Shown piece by piece: positions 1 to 15,000 of a DNA stretch of 64,000 nt; within the stretch, counting starts at the first letter, position 1, and the number at the start of each line of letters is the position of its first letter. The notes below the pieces were generated by a model. The model made no database searches and was not told the DNA's origin. It worked only from the letters and a program-made list of their open reading frames with translations. This DNA is from the human T2T-CHM13v2.0 reference genome, Homo sapiens: assembly GCF_009914755.1 (NCBI RefSeq), contig NC_060937.1; one strand, written 5' to 3'. A program made the position numbers and the translations under genes.

Positions 1-3000
1 GGAATGGAATGGAATGGAATGGAATGGAATGGAATGGAATGGAATGGAATGGAATGGATTGGACTGGAATGGAATGTAATGAAATGCAATGAAATGGACC
101 TAAATGGAATAGAATGAAATGGAATTGCATGGACTCGAAGGGAATGGAATGCAATGGATTTGAATGGAATGGAATGGACTCCAAAAGGAATAGGACGGAA
201 TTTATTGGAATGGAATCTAAAGTAATGGAATCTAATGGAATGGACTAGAAAGGAATGTAATGGAATGGACTCGAAAGGAATGGAATGCAATGGATTTGAA
301 TGGAATGGAATGGACTCCAAAAGGAACAGGATGGAATTTATTGGAATGGAATCTAAAGTAATGGAATCTAATGGAATGGACTCGAAAGGAATGTAATGGA
401 ATGTACTCGAAAGAATGGAATGCAATGGAATGGAATGGAGTCGAATGGAATGGAATGGACTCGAAAGGAATGGAATGGATTGGAATGGAGTGGAAAGGAC
501 TCGAATGGAATGCAATGACCTGGACTGGAAAGGAATGGAATGGAATTGAATGGAATAAAAAAATGGAATGGAATGGAATGGAACGGACACAAATTGAATG
601 GAATGGAATAGACTCTAATGGAATGGAATGCAATGGAATGGACTCAAATGGAATTGAGTGGAATGGACTCGAGTGGAATAGAATGTAATGGACTCAAATG
701 GAATGGTGTGGAATGGAATGGCTTGAAAGAAATGGATTGGAATGGACTCGAATGGAATGGCATAGAATGGACCTGAATGGAATGGAATGGAATGGAATGG
801 AATGGAATGGAATGGAATGGAATGGACTCGAATGGAATGGCATAGAATGGACCTGAATGGAATGGAATGGAATGGAATGGAATGGAATGGAATGGAATGG
901 AATGGACTCGAATAGAATGGAAAGGAATTGAATGGAATGGACTCGAATGGAATACAACGGAATTAAATGGAATGGACTCTAACGGAATGAAATGGTGTGG
1001 ACTCGGATGGAATGAAGTGGACTGGACAAGAGTGGAATGCTATGCAATGTAATGGATTCAAATTTAAAGGATTTGAATGGACTAGAATGGAATGGAATGG
1101 AATGGAATGGAATGGAATGGATTCGAAGGCATTGGAATGAAAAGCAATGGAATGGACTCGAATGGAATGGAATGGAATGGACTCGAATGGAATTGAATGG
1201 ATTGGAAATTAGTGTAATGTAATGGAAAGGAATGGACTCGAATGGAATGGAATTGAATGGACTCGAATGTTATGGAATGGAATGGAATGGATTCGAATGG
1301 ATTTTAATGGAATGGACTCGAATTGAATCGTCTTGATTGGAATGGAATGGAATGGACTCAAAAGGAACAGCATGGAATGGAAAGGACTCAAATGCTTGGA
1401 ATGCAATGGAATAGCATGCAATGGAATGGATCCAAATGGAATAGAATAGAATGCATGGGAATGGAATGGAATGGAATGAAATGAAATAGAATGGAACGGA
1501 ATGGACTCGAATGGAATGGAATGGAATGCAATGGAAGGGACTTGAATGGAATGGACTACAATGGACTCGAATGGAATGGAATGCAATGGAATGGACTCGA
1601 ATGGAATGGAATGGAATGAGCTCAAGCGGAATGTAATGGTATGGAATGGAGATGAATGGAATGGAATGGAATGGAATGGAATGGAATTGCTTTGAATGGA
1701 AGGGACTCTAATGGAATGGAATGGAATGGAATCAAATGGAATCACACGGAATTGAATGGATTCAAATTCAATGGAATGGAATGGAATCGAAAGGAATAGA
1801 GTGCGCTCAAACAGAAAAGAATGGAATGGAATGGAATGGAATGGAATGGAATGGAATGGAATGGAATGGAATGGAATGGTATGGAATGGATTCGAATGGA
1901 ATGGAATGGAATGGACTTGAATGGAGAAGAATGGAATGGACTGCATTGAAATGGACTGGAATGTAACGGACTAGAATGGAATGGAGTGGAATGGACTTGA
2001 ATGAAATGGAATGGAATCCAATGGACTTGTTTGGAAAAGAATTGAATGGAATGAAATGGACTCAAAAGTAATGGAATGGAATGGACTCTAGTGGAATGGA
2101 ATGGACAGGAATGGAAAGGAATGGAATAGAATGGACTCAAATGGAATACAATGGAATTTAATGGAATGGACTCTAATTTAATGGAATGGAATGGACTCGA
2201 ATGGAATAGAATGGAGTGGATGACAATGGAATGGAATGCAATGGAATGGACTCAAATGGAATGGACTCGAATGAAATGGAATGGAATCGAATGGTCTCAA
2301 AAGGAATCGAATGGAATGCAATGGAATGGACTCGAATGGAATGGACTCGAATGGAATGGAATGGAATTGAATGGTCTCAAATGGAATGGAATGGAATGCA
2401 ATGGAATGGACACGAATGCAATGGAATGGAATGGACTGGAATGGAATGGAATGGAATGGACTTGATTGGAATGTAATGAAATGGAATGGAATGGACTTGA
2501 ATGGAATAGAATGGAATGGAATGAAATGGACTCGATGAGAATGGAATGGAATGGATTTGAATGGAATGGAATGGACTCAAAAGGAGTGGAATGGAATCTA
2601 AAGGAATGAAATCAAATAGAATGGACTCAAATTGAATAGTATGGAATGGACTCGAATGGAATGCAATGCAATGAAATGGATTCGAATGGAATGGACTCGA
2701 ATGGAATACAAAGTAATGTATTAGAATGGAATGGAAAGGAATTGAAAGGAAGTGAAAGGAATGGAATGGAATGCAATGGAATGGACTCGAATGGAATGGT
2801 ATGCAATGGACTCAATGGAATGGAATGCAACGGAGTGGACGTGTATGGAATTGAATGGAATTGACTGGAAAGCAATTGAATGAAATGGATCCGAAAGGAA
2901 TGGAATGGAATGAGCTCATATGGAATGGAATGGTATGGAATGGAGATGAATGGAATGAGATGGAATGGAATGGAAAAGAATGGACAGAAATGGAATTGCT

Positions 3001-6000
3001 TTGAATGAAACGGACTCTAACGGAATGGAATGGAATGACTCAAATGGAATAGCATGGAATAGAATGGATTCAAATGCCAAGGAATGGAATGGAATTGAAA
3101 GGAATGGAGTGGACTCAAGCAGAATAGAATGTAATGGAATGGACCAAATGGAATAGAATGGAATGGAATGGAATCGAAAGGAGTAGAATGGAATGGACTC
3201 GTATGGAATAGAGTGGAATGTAACAGACTAGAATGGAATGGAGTGGAATGGACTTGAATGGAATGGAATGGAATCTAATGGACTTGATTGGAAAAGAATT
3301 GAATGGAATGGAATGGACTCAAAAGTAATGGAATGCAATGGACTCAAATGGAATGGAATGGACACGAATGGAAAAAAAAATGGAATGGTATGGACTCGAA
3401 TGGAATACAATGGAATTTAATGGAATGGACTCTAATGGAATGGACTCGAATGGAATAGAATGCAATGGATGTCAATGGAATGGAATGCAATGGAATGGAC
3501 TCGAATGGAATGGATTTGAATGAAAAGGAATGCAATTGAATGGTCTAGAAAGCAATGGAATGGAATGCAATGGAATGGACTCGAATGAAATGGAATGGAA
3601 TGGACTGGAATGGAATGTAATGAAATGGAATGGAAGGGACTTGAATGGAATAGAATGGAATGGAATGGAATGGACTTGATGGGAATGGAATGGAATGGAT
3701 TTGAATGGAATGGAATGGACTCAAAAGGAATGGAATGGAATTTAAAGGAATGGAATCTAAAAAAATGGAATGTAATGGAATGGACTCGAATGGAATAGAA
3801 TGGAATGGACTTGAATGGAATGGAATGCAATGGAATGGATTCGAATGGAATGGACTCGAATGGATTAGAATGTAATGTATTCGAATGGAATTTAATGGAA
3901 TTGAATGGACTCGAAAGGAACGGAATGGAATGCAATGGAATGGACACGAATGGAATGGAATGGAGTGCAATGGAATGTAATGGAATGGACTTGATTGGAA
4001 TGTAATGAAATGGAAAGTAATGGACTTGAATGGAATAGAATGGAATGGAATGGAATGGACTCGATGGGAATGAAATGGAATGGATTCAAAAGGAGTGGAA
4101 TGAAATCTAAAGAAATGGAATCTAATGGAATGGACTCGAACTGAATAATATGGAATGGACTCGAATGGAATGGAATGCAATGAAATGGATTCAAATGGAA
4201 TGGACTCGAATGGAATAGAATGTAATGTATTAGAATGGAATGGAAAGGAATTGAAAGGAAGCGAAAGGAATGGAATGGAATGGAATGGAATGGACTCGAA
4301 TGGAATGGTATGCTATGGATTCGATGGAATGGAATACAACGGAATGGATGTGTATGGAATTGAATGGAATTGACTGGAAAGCAATTCAATGGAATGGACC
4401 GAATGGAATGGAATGGAATGGAATGAGCTCAAATGGAATGAATTGGTATGGAATGGAGACAAATGGAATGGGATGGAAAGTAATGGAACGGAATGGACTG
4501 GAATGGAATTGCTTTGAATGAAAGGAACTCTAATGGAATGGAATGGAATGGACTCAAATGGAATAGAATGGAATGGAATGGAATCGAAAGGAGTAGAATG
4601 GAATGGACTTTTATGGAATGGAGAGGAATGTAACGGACTAGAGTGGAATGGAGTGGAATGGACTTGAATGGAATAGAATGGAATCTAATGGACTTGATTG
4701 GAAAAGAATTGAATGGAATGGAATGGACTCAAAAGTAATGGAATGCAATGGACTCAAGTGGAATGGAATGGACATGAATGGAAAAAAATGGAATAGAATG
4801 GACTCGAATGGAATACTATGGAATTTAATGGAATGGACTCAAATGGAATACAATGGAATGGATGTCAATGGAATGGAATGCAATGGAATGGACTCAATTG
4901 AAATGGAATGGGATTGAATGGTCTCGAAAGGAATAGAATGGAATGCAATGGAATGGACTCGAATGGAATGGAATGGAATGGAATGAAATGTAATGGAATG
5001 GACTTGAATGGAATAGAATGTAATGTAATGGAATGGACTCGAAGGGATTGGAATGGAATGGATTTGAATGGAATAGAATGGAATCAAAAGGAATGGAATG
5101 GAATTTAATTGAATGGAATCTAAAGGAATGGAATGTAATGGAATGGACTCGAATGGAATAGAATGGAATGGACTTGAATGGAATGGAATGCAATAGAATG
5201 GATTCGAATGGAATGGACTCGAATGGATTAGAATGTAATGTATTTGAATGGAATTTAATGGAATTGAAAGGACTCGAAAGGAATGGAATGGAATGCAATG
5301 GAATGGACTCTAATGGAATAGAAGGCAATGGATGACAATGGAATGGAATGCAATGGAATGGACTCGAATGGAATAGAATGCAATGGATGACAATGGAATT
5401 GAATGCAATGGAATGGACTCGAATGGAATGGAATGGAGTGGACTGGAATGCAATGGAATGGAATGGACTTCATTGGAATGTAATGAGATGGAAAGGAATG
5501 GACTTGAATGGAATAGAATGGAATGGAATGAAATGGACTGGATGGGAATGGAATGGAATGAATTTGAATGGAATGGAATGGACTCGAAAGGAGTGGAATG
5601 GAATCTAAAGGAAATGAATCTAATGGAATGGACTCGAATGGAATAGTATGGAATGGACTCAAATGAAATGGAATGCAATGAAATGGATTCGAATGGAATG
5701 GACTCGAATGGAATAGAATGTAATGTATTAGAATGGAATGGAAAGGAATTGAAAGGAATCGAAAGGAATGGAAAGGAATGCAATGGAATGGATTCAAATT
5801 GAATGGTATGCAATGGGCTCGATGGAATGGAATGCAACGGAATAGACGTGTATGGCATTGAATGGAATTGACTGGAAAGCAATTGAATGGAATGGACACG
5901 AATGGATTGGAATGGGATGGAATGAGCTCAAATGGAATGGAATGGTATGGAATGGAGACGAATGGAATGGGATGGAAAGTAATGGAACGGAATGGACTGG

Positions 6001-9000
6001 AATGGAATTGCTTTGAATGAAAGGAACTCTAATGGAATGGAATGGAATGGACTCAAATGGAATAGCATGGAATTGAATGGATTTGAATGCCATGGAATGG
6101 AATGGAATTGAAAGGAATGGAGTGCGCTCAAACAGAATGGAAGGGAATGGAACGGACTCAAATGGAAGGGAATGGAATGCTCTCAAATGGAATAGAATGG
6201 AATGGAATGGAACCAAAAGGAGTAGAATGGAAGGGACTCGTATGGAATGGAGTGGAATGAAATGGACTAGAATGGAATGGAGTGGAATAGACTTGAATGG
6301 AATGGAAAGGAATCTAATGGACTTGATTGGAAAAGAATTGAATGGAATGGAATGGACACAAAAGTAATGGAATGCAATGGAATTGAGTGGAATGGAATGG
6401 ACATGAATAAAAAAATGGAATAGAATAGACTCGAATGGAATCCAATGGAATTTAATGGAATGGACTCTAATGGAATGGAATGGAATTGAATCAAATGGAA
6501 TAGAAAGGAAAGGATGTCAATGGAATGGAATGAAATGGAATGAACTCAAATGAAATGGAATGGAATTGAATGGTATCTAAAGGAATGGAATGTAATGCAG
6601 TGGAATGGACTCGAATGAAATGGAATGGAATGGACTGGAATGGAATGGAATGGAATGGACTGGAATGAAATGGAAAGGAATGGACTTGAATGGAATAGAA
6701 TGGAATGGAATGGAATGGAATGGAATGGAATGGAATGGACTCGATGGGAATGGAATGGATTGCATTTGAATGGAATGGAATGGACTCAAAAGGAAAGGAA
6801 TGGAATTTAATGGAATGGAATTTAAAGGAATGTAATGTAATGGAATGGACTCGAATGGAATAGAATGGAATCGACTTGAATGGAATGGAATGCAATGGAA
6901 TGGATTCGAATGGAAGAGACCCGAATGAATTAGAATGTAATGTATTCGAATGGAATTTAATGGAATTGAATGGACTCGAAAGGAATGGAATGGAATGCAA
7001 TGGAATGGACTCGAATGGAATGGAATGCAATGACTCGATGGAATGGAATGCAATGGAATGGACTCGTACCTAATTGAGTGGAATTGACACGAACGGCATT
7101 GAATGGAATGGACCCGAATGGAATGGAATGGAATGGAATGATCTCAAATGGAACGGAATGGTATGGAAAGGAGACGAATGGAATGGAATGGAATGGAATG
7201 GAATGGAATGGAATGGAATGGAATGGAATGGAATTGCTTTGAATGAAAGGGACTCTAATGGAATGGAATGTAATGGAATGGAATGGAATCAAATGGAATA
7301 GCATGGAATTCAATGGATTTGAATGTAATGGAATGGAATGGAATCGAAAGGAATTGAGTGGACTCAAACGGAAGGGAATGGAACGGACTAGAACAGAATA
7401 GAACGGAATGGAATGGAATGGAATATATTGGAATGGACTCGAATGGAGTAGAAAGGAATGGACTCGAATGGAATGGAGTGGAATGTAACGAACTAGAATG
7501 GAATGGAGTGGAATGGACTTCAATGGAATGGAAGGGAATCTAATGGTCTTGATTGGAATAGAATTGGATGGAGTAGAATGGACTCAAAAGTAACGGAATG
7601 GAATGGATTCGAGTGGAATGGAATGGACACGAATGGAATGAAATTGAATAGAATGGACTCGAACGGAATACAATGTAATTTAATGAAATGGACTCTAATG
7701 GAACGTAATGGAATGGACTCAAATGCCATAGAATGGAATGGACGCCAATGGAATGGAAGGCAATGGAATGGAATCGAATGGAATGGACTGGAATGAAATG
7801 GAATGGAATAGAATGGTCTCGAAAGGAATAGAATGGAATGAAATGGAATGGACTAAAATGCAATGGAATGTACAGGAACGGAATGTAATGAAATGGAATG
7901 GAATGGACTAGAATTGAATGGAATGGAATGGAATGGAATGGAATTGATGGGAATGGAATGGAATGGATTTGAATGGAATCAAATGGACTCGAAAGGAATG
8001 GAATGGAATTTAATGGAATGTAGTCTAATGGAATGGAATCGAATGTAATGGACTCAAATGGAAAAGAATGGAATGGACTCGAATGGAATGGAATGCAGTG
8101 GAATGGATTCCAATGGAATGGACTCGAATGGAATGGAATGGAATGGATTCAAACGGAATGTAGTGGAATGGAATGGAATGGAATGCAATGGAATGGAATG
8201 GAAAAGGAATGGAATGGAATGGAAAGGAATTGAATGGAATGGAATGGAATGCAATGGAATTGGATGGAATGGACTTGAATGGAATAGTAAGGAATGGAAT
8301 GGAATGGCCTCGAATGGAATGGAATGCAATGGGCTCGAGTGAAATAGAATGGATACAAATGGAATGGAATGGAATAGAACAGACTTGAATGGAATAGAAT
8401 TGTATTTATTGGAATGGACTCTAAAGGAAAGGAATGGAATGGACTCGAATGGAAAGCAATTGAATGGACTCAAATGGAATAGAATGGAATTGAATGGAAT
8501 TGATTGGAATGGAATGGAATGGGATGGAATGGAATGGAATGGGATGGGATGGAATAGAATGGAATGGATTGGAATGGAGTAGAATGGACTCGAATGGAAG
8601 GGAAAGGAATGGACACGAATGGAATGCAATGGAATGGAATGGAATGCAATGCAATGGAATGGAATGGAATTGACTCAAATGGAATGGAATGGAATGGAAT
8701 GGAATGGAATGGAATGGAATGGATTGGAATGAAGTAGAATGGACTCGAATGGAAGGGAAAGGAATGGACACGAATGGAATGCAGTGGAATGGAATGGAAT
8801 GGAATGGAATGCAACGGAATGGAATGGAATTGACTCAAATGGAATGGAATGAAATGGAATTTACTCGAATGGAATGAAATGGAATGGACTCGAATGGAAT
8901 GGACTGGAAACGATTGTAATGGAACAGAATGGAATGGACTTGAATGTAATATAATGGAATGGATTCTAATGGAATGGAATGCAATGGAATGGACTCCAAT

Positions 9001-12000
9001 GGATTAAAATGGAATGGACTTGAATGGAATGGGATGGATTTAAGTGGACTCAAATGGGATGGGATGGAATAAACTCTAATTGAATGGAACGGAGTGGAAT
9101 GTACACGAATGGAATGGAAAGGAATTCACTCGAATGGAATTGATTCAAGTGGAATGGAATCGAGTGGAGTGGAATGGAATGGAATGGAACGGAATGGAAT
9201 GGAATGGACTCGAATGGAAGGGAATTGAATTAACCCGAATTTAATGGAATGGAATGGAAAGAAATGGAATCGAATGGAATGGAACGGAATGGAATTGACC
9301 CGAATGGAGTGGAATGGAATGGAATGGACCCTAATGGAATGGAATTGAATGGACCCGAATGGAATGGAATCGAATGGAATTGCAAGGCACGGAATGGAAT
9401 GAAATGGAATGGAATGGTATGGAATGGAATGGAATGGACTCTAACGGAATTGAATGGAATGGAATGGAATGAAACCAAAATTAATGGAATGGAATGGACT
9501 CGAATGGAATAGAATGGACATGAATGGAATGGAATCGAATGGACCCAAATCGAATGGAATGGAATGGAATGGAATGGAATGGAATGGAATGGAATGAATT
9601 TGAATGGAATGTAGTTGAATTGAATAGATCTGAAAGGAATGGAATGGAATGAAATGGACTCGAATGGAATGGAAGGGAACGGAGTGGAATCGAATGAAAT
9701 GGAATGGACCCGAATGGAATGGAATGGAATGGAATGGAATAGAATCCAGTGGAATGGAATGGAATGGAAAGGAATTGACTCGAATGGAATTGAAATGACT
9801 TGAGTACGTTGGAGTGGAATGGAATGGACTTGAAAGGAACAGAATGTGATTTAATGGAATGGACTCTAATGGAATGGAATGCAATGGATTCGAAGGGAAT
9901 ACAATGGAATGGAATCGAATGAAATGGAATGGAATTGAATGGACTTGATTGGAATGCAATGGAATGGAATAGACTCGAAGGAAATGGAATAGAAAGGACC
10001 CGAATGTAATGTAATGTAATGTAATGTAATGTAATGTAATGTAAAGTAATGTAACGTAATGTAAGGTAATGAAATTTAATGGAATGAAAGGGAATGGAAT
10101 GGAATCGACATGAATGGAATAGAATGTAATGGAATGGAATGGATACAAAGACAATGGAGTGGAATGTACTCCTTTGGAATGGAATGGACTCGAATGGAAT
10201 GGAATATAATTTAATGTAATGAACTCTAATGGAATGGAATCTAATGGAATGGAAAGGAATGGACTCAAATGGGATAGAACGGAATGGACGCCAATGGAAT
10301 GGAATGCAATGGAATGGAATCGAATGAAATTGACTCGAATGAAATGGAATGGAATTGAATGGTCTCGAAAGCAATAGAATGGAATGAAATGGAATGGACT
10401 CGAATGGAATGGAATGTGCTGGAATGGAATGAAATGAAATGGAATGGAATGGAATGGAATGGAATGGAATGGAATGGACTTGAATGGAATAGAATGGAAT
10501 GGAATGGAATGGAATGGAATGGAATGGAATGGAATGGAATGGACTTGTTGGGAATGGAATGGAATGGATTGGAATGGAATGGATTTGAATGGAATGGACT
10601 CGAAAGGAATGGAATGGAATTTAATGCAATGGAATCTAATGGAATGGAATAGAAAGTAATGGACTTGCATGGAAAAGAATGGAATGTACTCGAATGGAAT
10701 GGAATGCAATGGAATGGACTCGAATGGAATGGATGCGAACGGAATGGAATAGAATAGATTCGAATGGAATGTAGTGGAATGGAACGCATTTGAATGGAAT
10801 GGAATGGAATGGATTCGAATGGAATGGAATGGAATTGAATGGACTTCAAAGGAGTGGAATCGAATTGAATGGACTCGAAAAGAATGGAATGGAATGCAAT
10901 GGAATGGACTCGAAAGGAATGGAATGGAATGGACTTGAATGGATTTGAATGCAATGGAATGGATTCGAATGGATTTGAATCGAATGGAATTGAATGGAAT
11001 CTACTAGATTGGAATAGAATGGAATGAACTCGAATGGAATGGTTTGGAATGGAATGGACTTGTATGGAATGGAGTGGAATAGACTCGAATGGAATGGAAT
11101 TGAATGGACTTGACTGGAATGGAATGTAAAGGAATGAAATTGACTAGAATGGAATGGAATGGAATGGAATGGAATGGAATGGAATCGAATGGATTTGAAT
11201 GCAGTGGAATGGATTTGAATCGACTTGAATCGAATGGAATTGAATGGAATATACTGGATTGGAATCGAATGGAATGAACTCGAATGGAATGGTGTGGAAT
11301 GGAATGGACTTGTGTGGAATGGAGTGGAATAGACTCGAATGGAATGGAATTGAATGGACTCAACTGGAATGGAATGTAAGGAAATGAAGTTGACTATGGA
11401 ATGGAATGGAGTCGAATGGAATGCTATGGAATGGAATGAAATGGAATGGAATGTACTCGAATGAAATGCAGTGGAGTGGAATGGAATCAAATGGAATGGA
11501 ATAGAATGGACCCGAATGGAATGGAATGGAACGGAATGGACGCGAATAGAATGCAATGGAATCGAAAGGGATGGAATGGAATGGAATGGAATGGAATGGA
11601 GTGGAATAGAATGGAATGGAATGGACTCGAATGGATTGGAATGGAATTTAATGGAATGGACCCTAATGGAATGGAAAGGGATGGACTCGAATGGAATAGA
11701 ATGCAATGGACTCGAATGAATTTGAATGCAATTGATTCGATAGGAATGGAATGGAATTCAGTGAAACGGAATGGAATGCTATGGAATGGACTCAAATGGA
11801 ATTGACTCGAATGGATTTGAATTGATTGGACCTGAATGGATTTCAACAGAATGAAATGGGTTCGAGTGGAATGGAATTGGATGGAATGGGCACTAATGGA
11901 ATGGAATGGAATGGCTCAAATGAAATAGAAGGGAAAGGATTCGAATGGACTCGAATGGAAGGGAATGCCTTCAAATGGAATGGAATTGAAAGGAATGAAC

Positions 12001-15000
12001 TTGAAAGGAATAGAAAGGAACGGAATGGAACAGACTCGAATGGAAAGGAATGGAATGGACTCGAATGGAATAGAACGGAATTCATTTGAATGGAATAGAA
12101 TGGAATGCATTCGAATGGAATGGCATAAAATGGAACGTATGGAATGGAATGGAATTGAGTTGACATGAATGGAATGGAATGGACTCGAATGGAATGGACA
12201 CGAATGTAATGGAGTGAAATGGAATGGAATGGAATGGAGTGGAATGGAATGGACTCAAATGGAATGGAATGGAATTGAATGGACTTGAAAGGAATGGAAT
12301 GAAATGAGAGAGATTGGACTCGAATGGAATGGAATGGAATGGACCTGAATGGAATAGAATGGACTCAAATGTATTGGAATGGATTGGAACAGTCTCGAGT
12401 GGAATGGAATGGAATGGAGTGGAATGGAATGTAGTCGAAAGGCATGGAATGGAATTGACTCAAATGGAATAGAAAGGTATGGACTCGAATGGAATGGAAT
12501 GCAATGGAATGGACTCGAATGGAATGGAATTGAATGGAATGGAATGGAATGGAATGAAATGAAATGGACTCAAATGCAATGGAATGGAATGGAGTCAAAT
12601 GGAATGGAATGGACTGGAAAGGAATGGAATTTAATGGAAATGACTCGAGTTAAATGGAATGGAATGGAATGGAATGGAATGGAATGGAATGGAATGGACT
12701 CGAATGCAATGGAATGGACTCGAATGGAATGGAATGAAATGAAATCGACTCGAGTTGAATGGAATGGAAAGGAGTGGACTCAAATGAAATGGAATGCAAT
12801 GGAATGGAATTGAGTGGAATAGAATGGAATTTACCCTAATGGAATGGCATGGAAAGGATACGACTCTAATGGAATGGAATGGAATGGAATGGAATGGAAT
12901 GGAATGGAATGGAATGGAATGGAGTGGAATGGAATTGAATGGAATGGAGTGGAATGGAATTGAATGGAGTGGAATGGAATGGAATGGAGTGGAATGGAAT
13001 GGAATGGACATGAAAGGAACGGAAAGGAATGGAAAGGGCTGGAATGGAACGAAATGGAATAGAATGTACTCGAATAGAATGGAATTCAATGGACTCGAAT
13101 GGAATGCAATGGACTCGAATGGAAACAATGGAATTGATCTGAATAGAATTGAATGGAATGGAATGGAAAGGACTTGAATGGAATAGAATGGATTGGAATG
13201 GAATGGTATTGAATGGAATGGAATGGAATGGACTCGAATGGAATGGAATGGACTTTAATAGAATGGAATGGAATGGAATAGACATGAATGGAATTGAATG
13301 GGTTTTACTAGAGTGGACTCTAATGGAATGGACTCTAATGGAGGGGAATGGAATGGACTCGAATGGAATGAACTGTAATAGAATGGTTTAGAATGGAATG
13401 GACTCGAGTGGAATGGAAAGGAATGGGATGGACTCGAATGAAATGTTATGGAATAGAAGGAATGGAATGGACTCAAATGGAATGGACCCAAATGGAAAGG
13501 AATGGAATGGAATGGTATGGAATGGAATGGTTTGGAATGATCTCGAATGGAATTGAGTGGAATGGACTGGAATCTAATGGAATGGAACAGAATGGAATGG
13601 ACTCGAATGGAATAGAATGGAATTGACTCGAATGGAATTGAATTGAATGGACATGAGTGGAATGGAATGGAATGGAATGGAATGGAACGGAATGGAATGG
13701 AATGGAATGGACTCGAATGGAATGGAATGGAGTGGAATCTAATGACTCGAATTGAATGGAATGGAATGGACTCGAATGGAATGGATTCGAATGGAATGGA
13801 ATGGAATGGAATGGACTCGAATGGAATGGGCTGGAATGGAATGGATTTGAATAGAATGGAATGGACTCGAAAGGAATGGAATGGAATGGACTCAATTGGA
13901 ATAGAATGTAATGGAATGGACTCCAATGGAATGGAGTGGAATTGACTCCAATGGAATGGAACGGTCTCGAATGGAATGGAATGGAAAGGAATGGACTCGA
14001 ATGGAATAGAATGGAATGGAATGGAATTGACTCCAATGGAAGGGGTTGAATGGAATGAACTAGAATATATGGAGTGGAAAGGACTCAAATGGAATAGAAT
14101 GGAATGGAGAGGACTCCAATGGAATTGAAGGCAATGGACTCGAATGGAATGGAAATTACTCGAATGGAATGGAATGTAAAGTATTGGACTCGAATGGAAT
14201 AGCATGGAATGGAATTGAATGGACTCGAGTGCAATGGAATTGAATGGACTCGAATGGAATCGAATGGAATGGAATCGAATGGAATGGAGAAAATTGAATG
14301 GACAAGAATGGTGTGGAATGGAATGAAATGGACCCGAATGGAATGGAATGAAATGAAATGGACCCGTATGTCATGGACTGGAATGGAATGGAATGGACTG
14401 GAATGGAATACAAATTCATACAATGGAATGGAGTTGAAAGGAATAGAATGGAATGGAAGGGAAAGGACTCGAAAGTAATAGAGTGGAATGGACTCAAATG
14501 GAATAGAATGGAATCGAATGGACTCAAATGGAATGGAATCGAATGGACTTGCATGGAACGGAACGGACTCGATCGGAATGCAATGGAATTGAATGGACGT
14601 AAAAGGAACAGAATGGATGGAATGAAATGGACTCGAATGGAATGGCATGGAATGGACTCGAATAGAATAGAATGGAATGGACTCGAAAATAATGGAGTGA
14701 AATGAAATGGATTCAAATGGAATGGACTCGAAAATAATGGAGTAGAATGGAGTGGACTTGAATGGAATGGAGTTTAATGGACTCGAATGCCAAGAAATGG
14801 AATTCAATGGAATTGACTGCAATGGAATGTAACAGAAAGAAATGTACTAGGATGGAATGGAGTGGAATGTAATGAAATGGACTCGAATGGGAAGGAATGG
14901 AATCGAATGGAATGGAATGGAATGGAATGGAAAAATGGAATGTAATGGAATGGAATGTTATGGACTCGAATGGAATGCTATTGAATTGAATGGACTCAAA

